Shown here: piece after piece, positions 63,547 to 64,000 of the stretch | How the letters are laid out: each line of letters opens with the position of its first letter | Numbering within the stretch: the first letter of the stretch is position 1 | DNA from: Azolla caroliniana | Taxonomy: Eukaryota; Plantae; Polypodiophyta | Direction: 5' to 3' | Length of the DNA: 64,000 nucleotides | Assembly (NCBI GenBank): GCA_043228905.1 | Contig: JBHGNT010000007.1 | Span: 3,844,001-3,908,000, forward strand | The notes under the pieces: model-generated | What the model was told of the DNA's origin: nothing | What the model saw: only the letters and a program-made list of their open reading frames with translations | The model's database searches: none | Made by a program: the position numbers and the translations under genes

Positions 63547-64000
63547 TGTCGTGGGGAAATCCGGCTACGGGGAGAAAGAAAATTGAAGAGTGCGGTGTCA
63601 TGAAGAATTTCGACCAGAGGCGGAAACCGGGAAATATTGGCTACATCGGCGGGGTGCAGCATGTGCGCTCACCCTTGTACATTTAGTGTGAATAACGAGG
63701 GCGCCATAAAGAGTAATCAAGTCGGGACAAGAATCCCATGTAATAAGGGATTTATCCCACGATGCTACGGATCCCTCTCCTTGTCCTATAAAAGGAAGGG
63801 AGCGCCCTTGGTGAAGGGGTTGCCCATTTTTGGTAGTAGGGTATACTGTTAGAGGAGGAAACATTCTCTCTTCTTCTTTCTTTTCTCTGGTTTTAGGGTT
63901 TCTTCTTGGTCTCCTTTGCTTCTTCTTCGTCACTCTATGAGTCTAGCTTGATACCTGCAGGTTCTGTATCTGCCATGTCTGCTGTGCAAGACCCCGCTCG
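63547..64000 (+). mobile_element. LTR of the TGTCG..CGACA gypsy group running off the window end
   Basis: Starts TGTCGTGGGGAAATCC after GCGT; shares TTTATCCCAC..TATAAAAGG..GGGTTGCCCATTTT with 58652-59293. Confidence 0.82.

Overview
Heterochromatin-like window from a land plant, probably a non-seed plant (inferred from the tRNA-iMet and tRNA-Trp primer sites and the element types). It is mostly nested, decayed LTR retrotransposons: several Ty1/copia copies (one with a 1599-aa open gag-pol and LTRs differing at one base), a Ty3/gypsy family with 4-bp CG-centred target duplications and a tRNA-Trp primer site, chromovirus-like self-priming remnants, and a LINE fragment. A 9.08-kb block (17720-26801) is repeated at 46923-56004, directly after a 100-N gap. 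The most unexpected feature is not assembled by the ORF track. It is an intron-containing minus-strand pseudogene (~13315 to 6705, split by an LTR element) encoding a ParB-like domain followed by a bacterial/phage-type beta-class amino (N6A/N4C) DNA methyltransferase domain. All calls come from manual reading and translation; no database searches were run.
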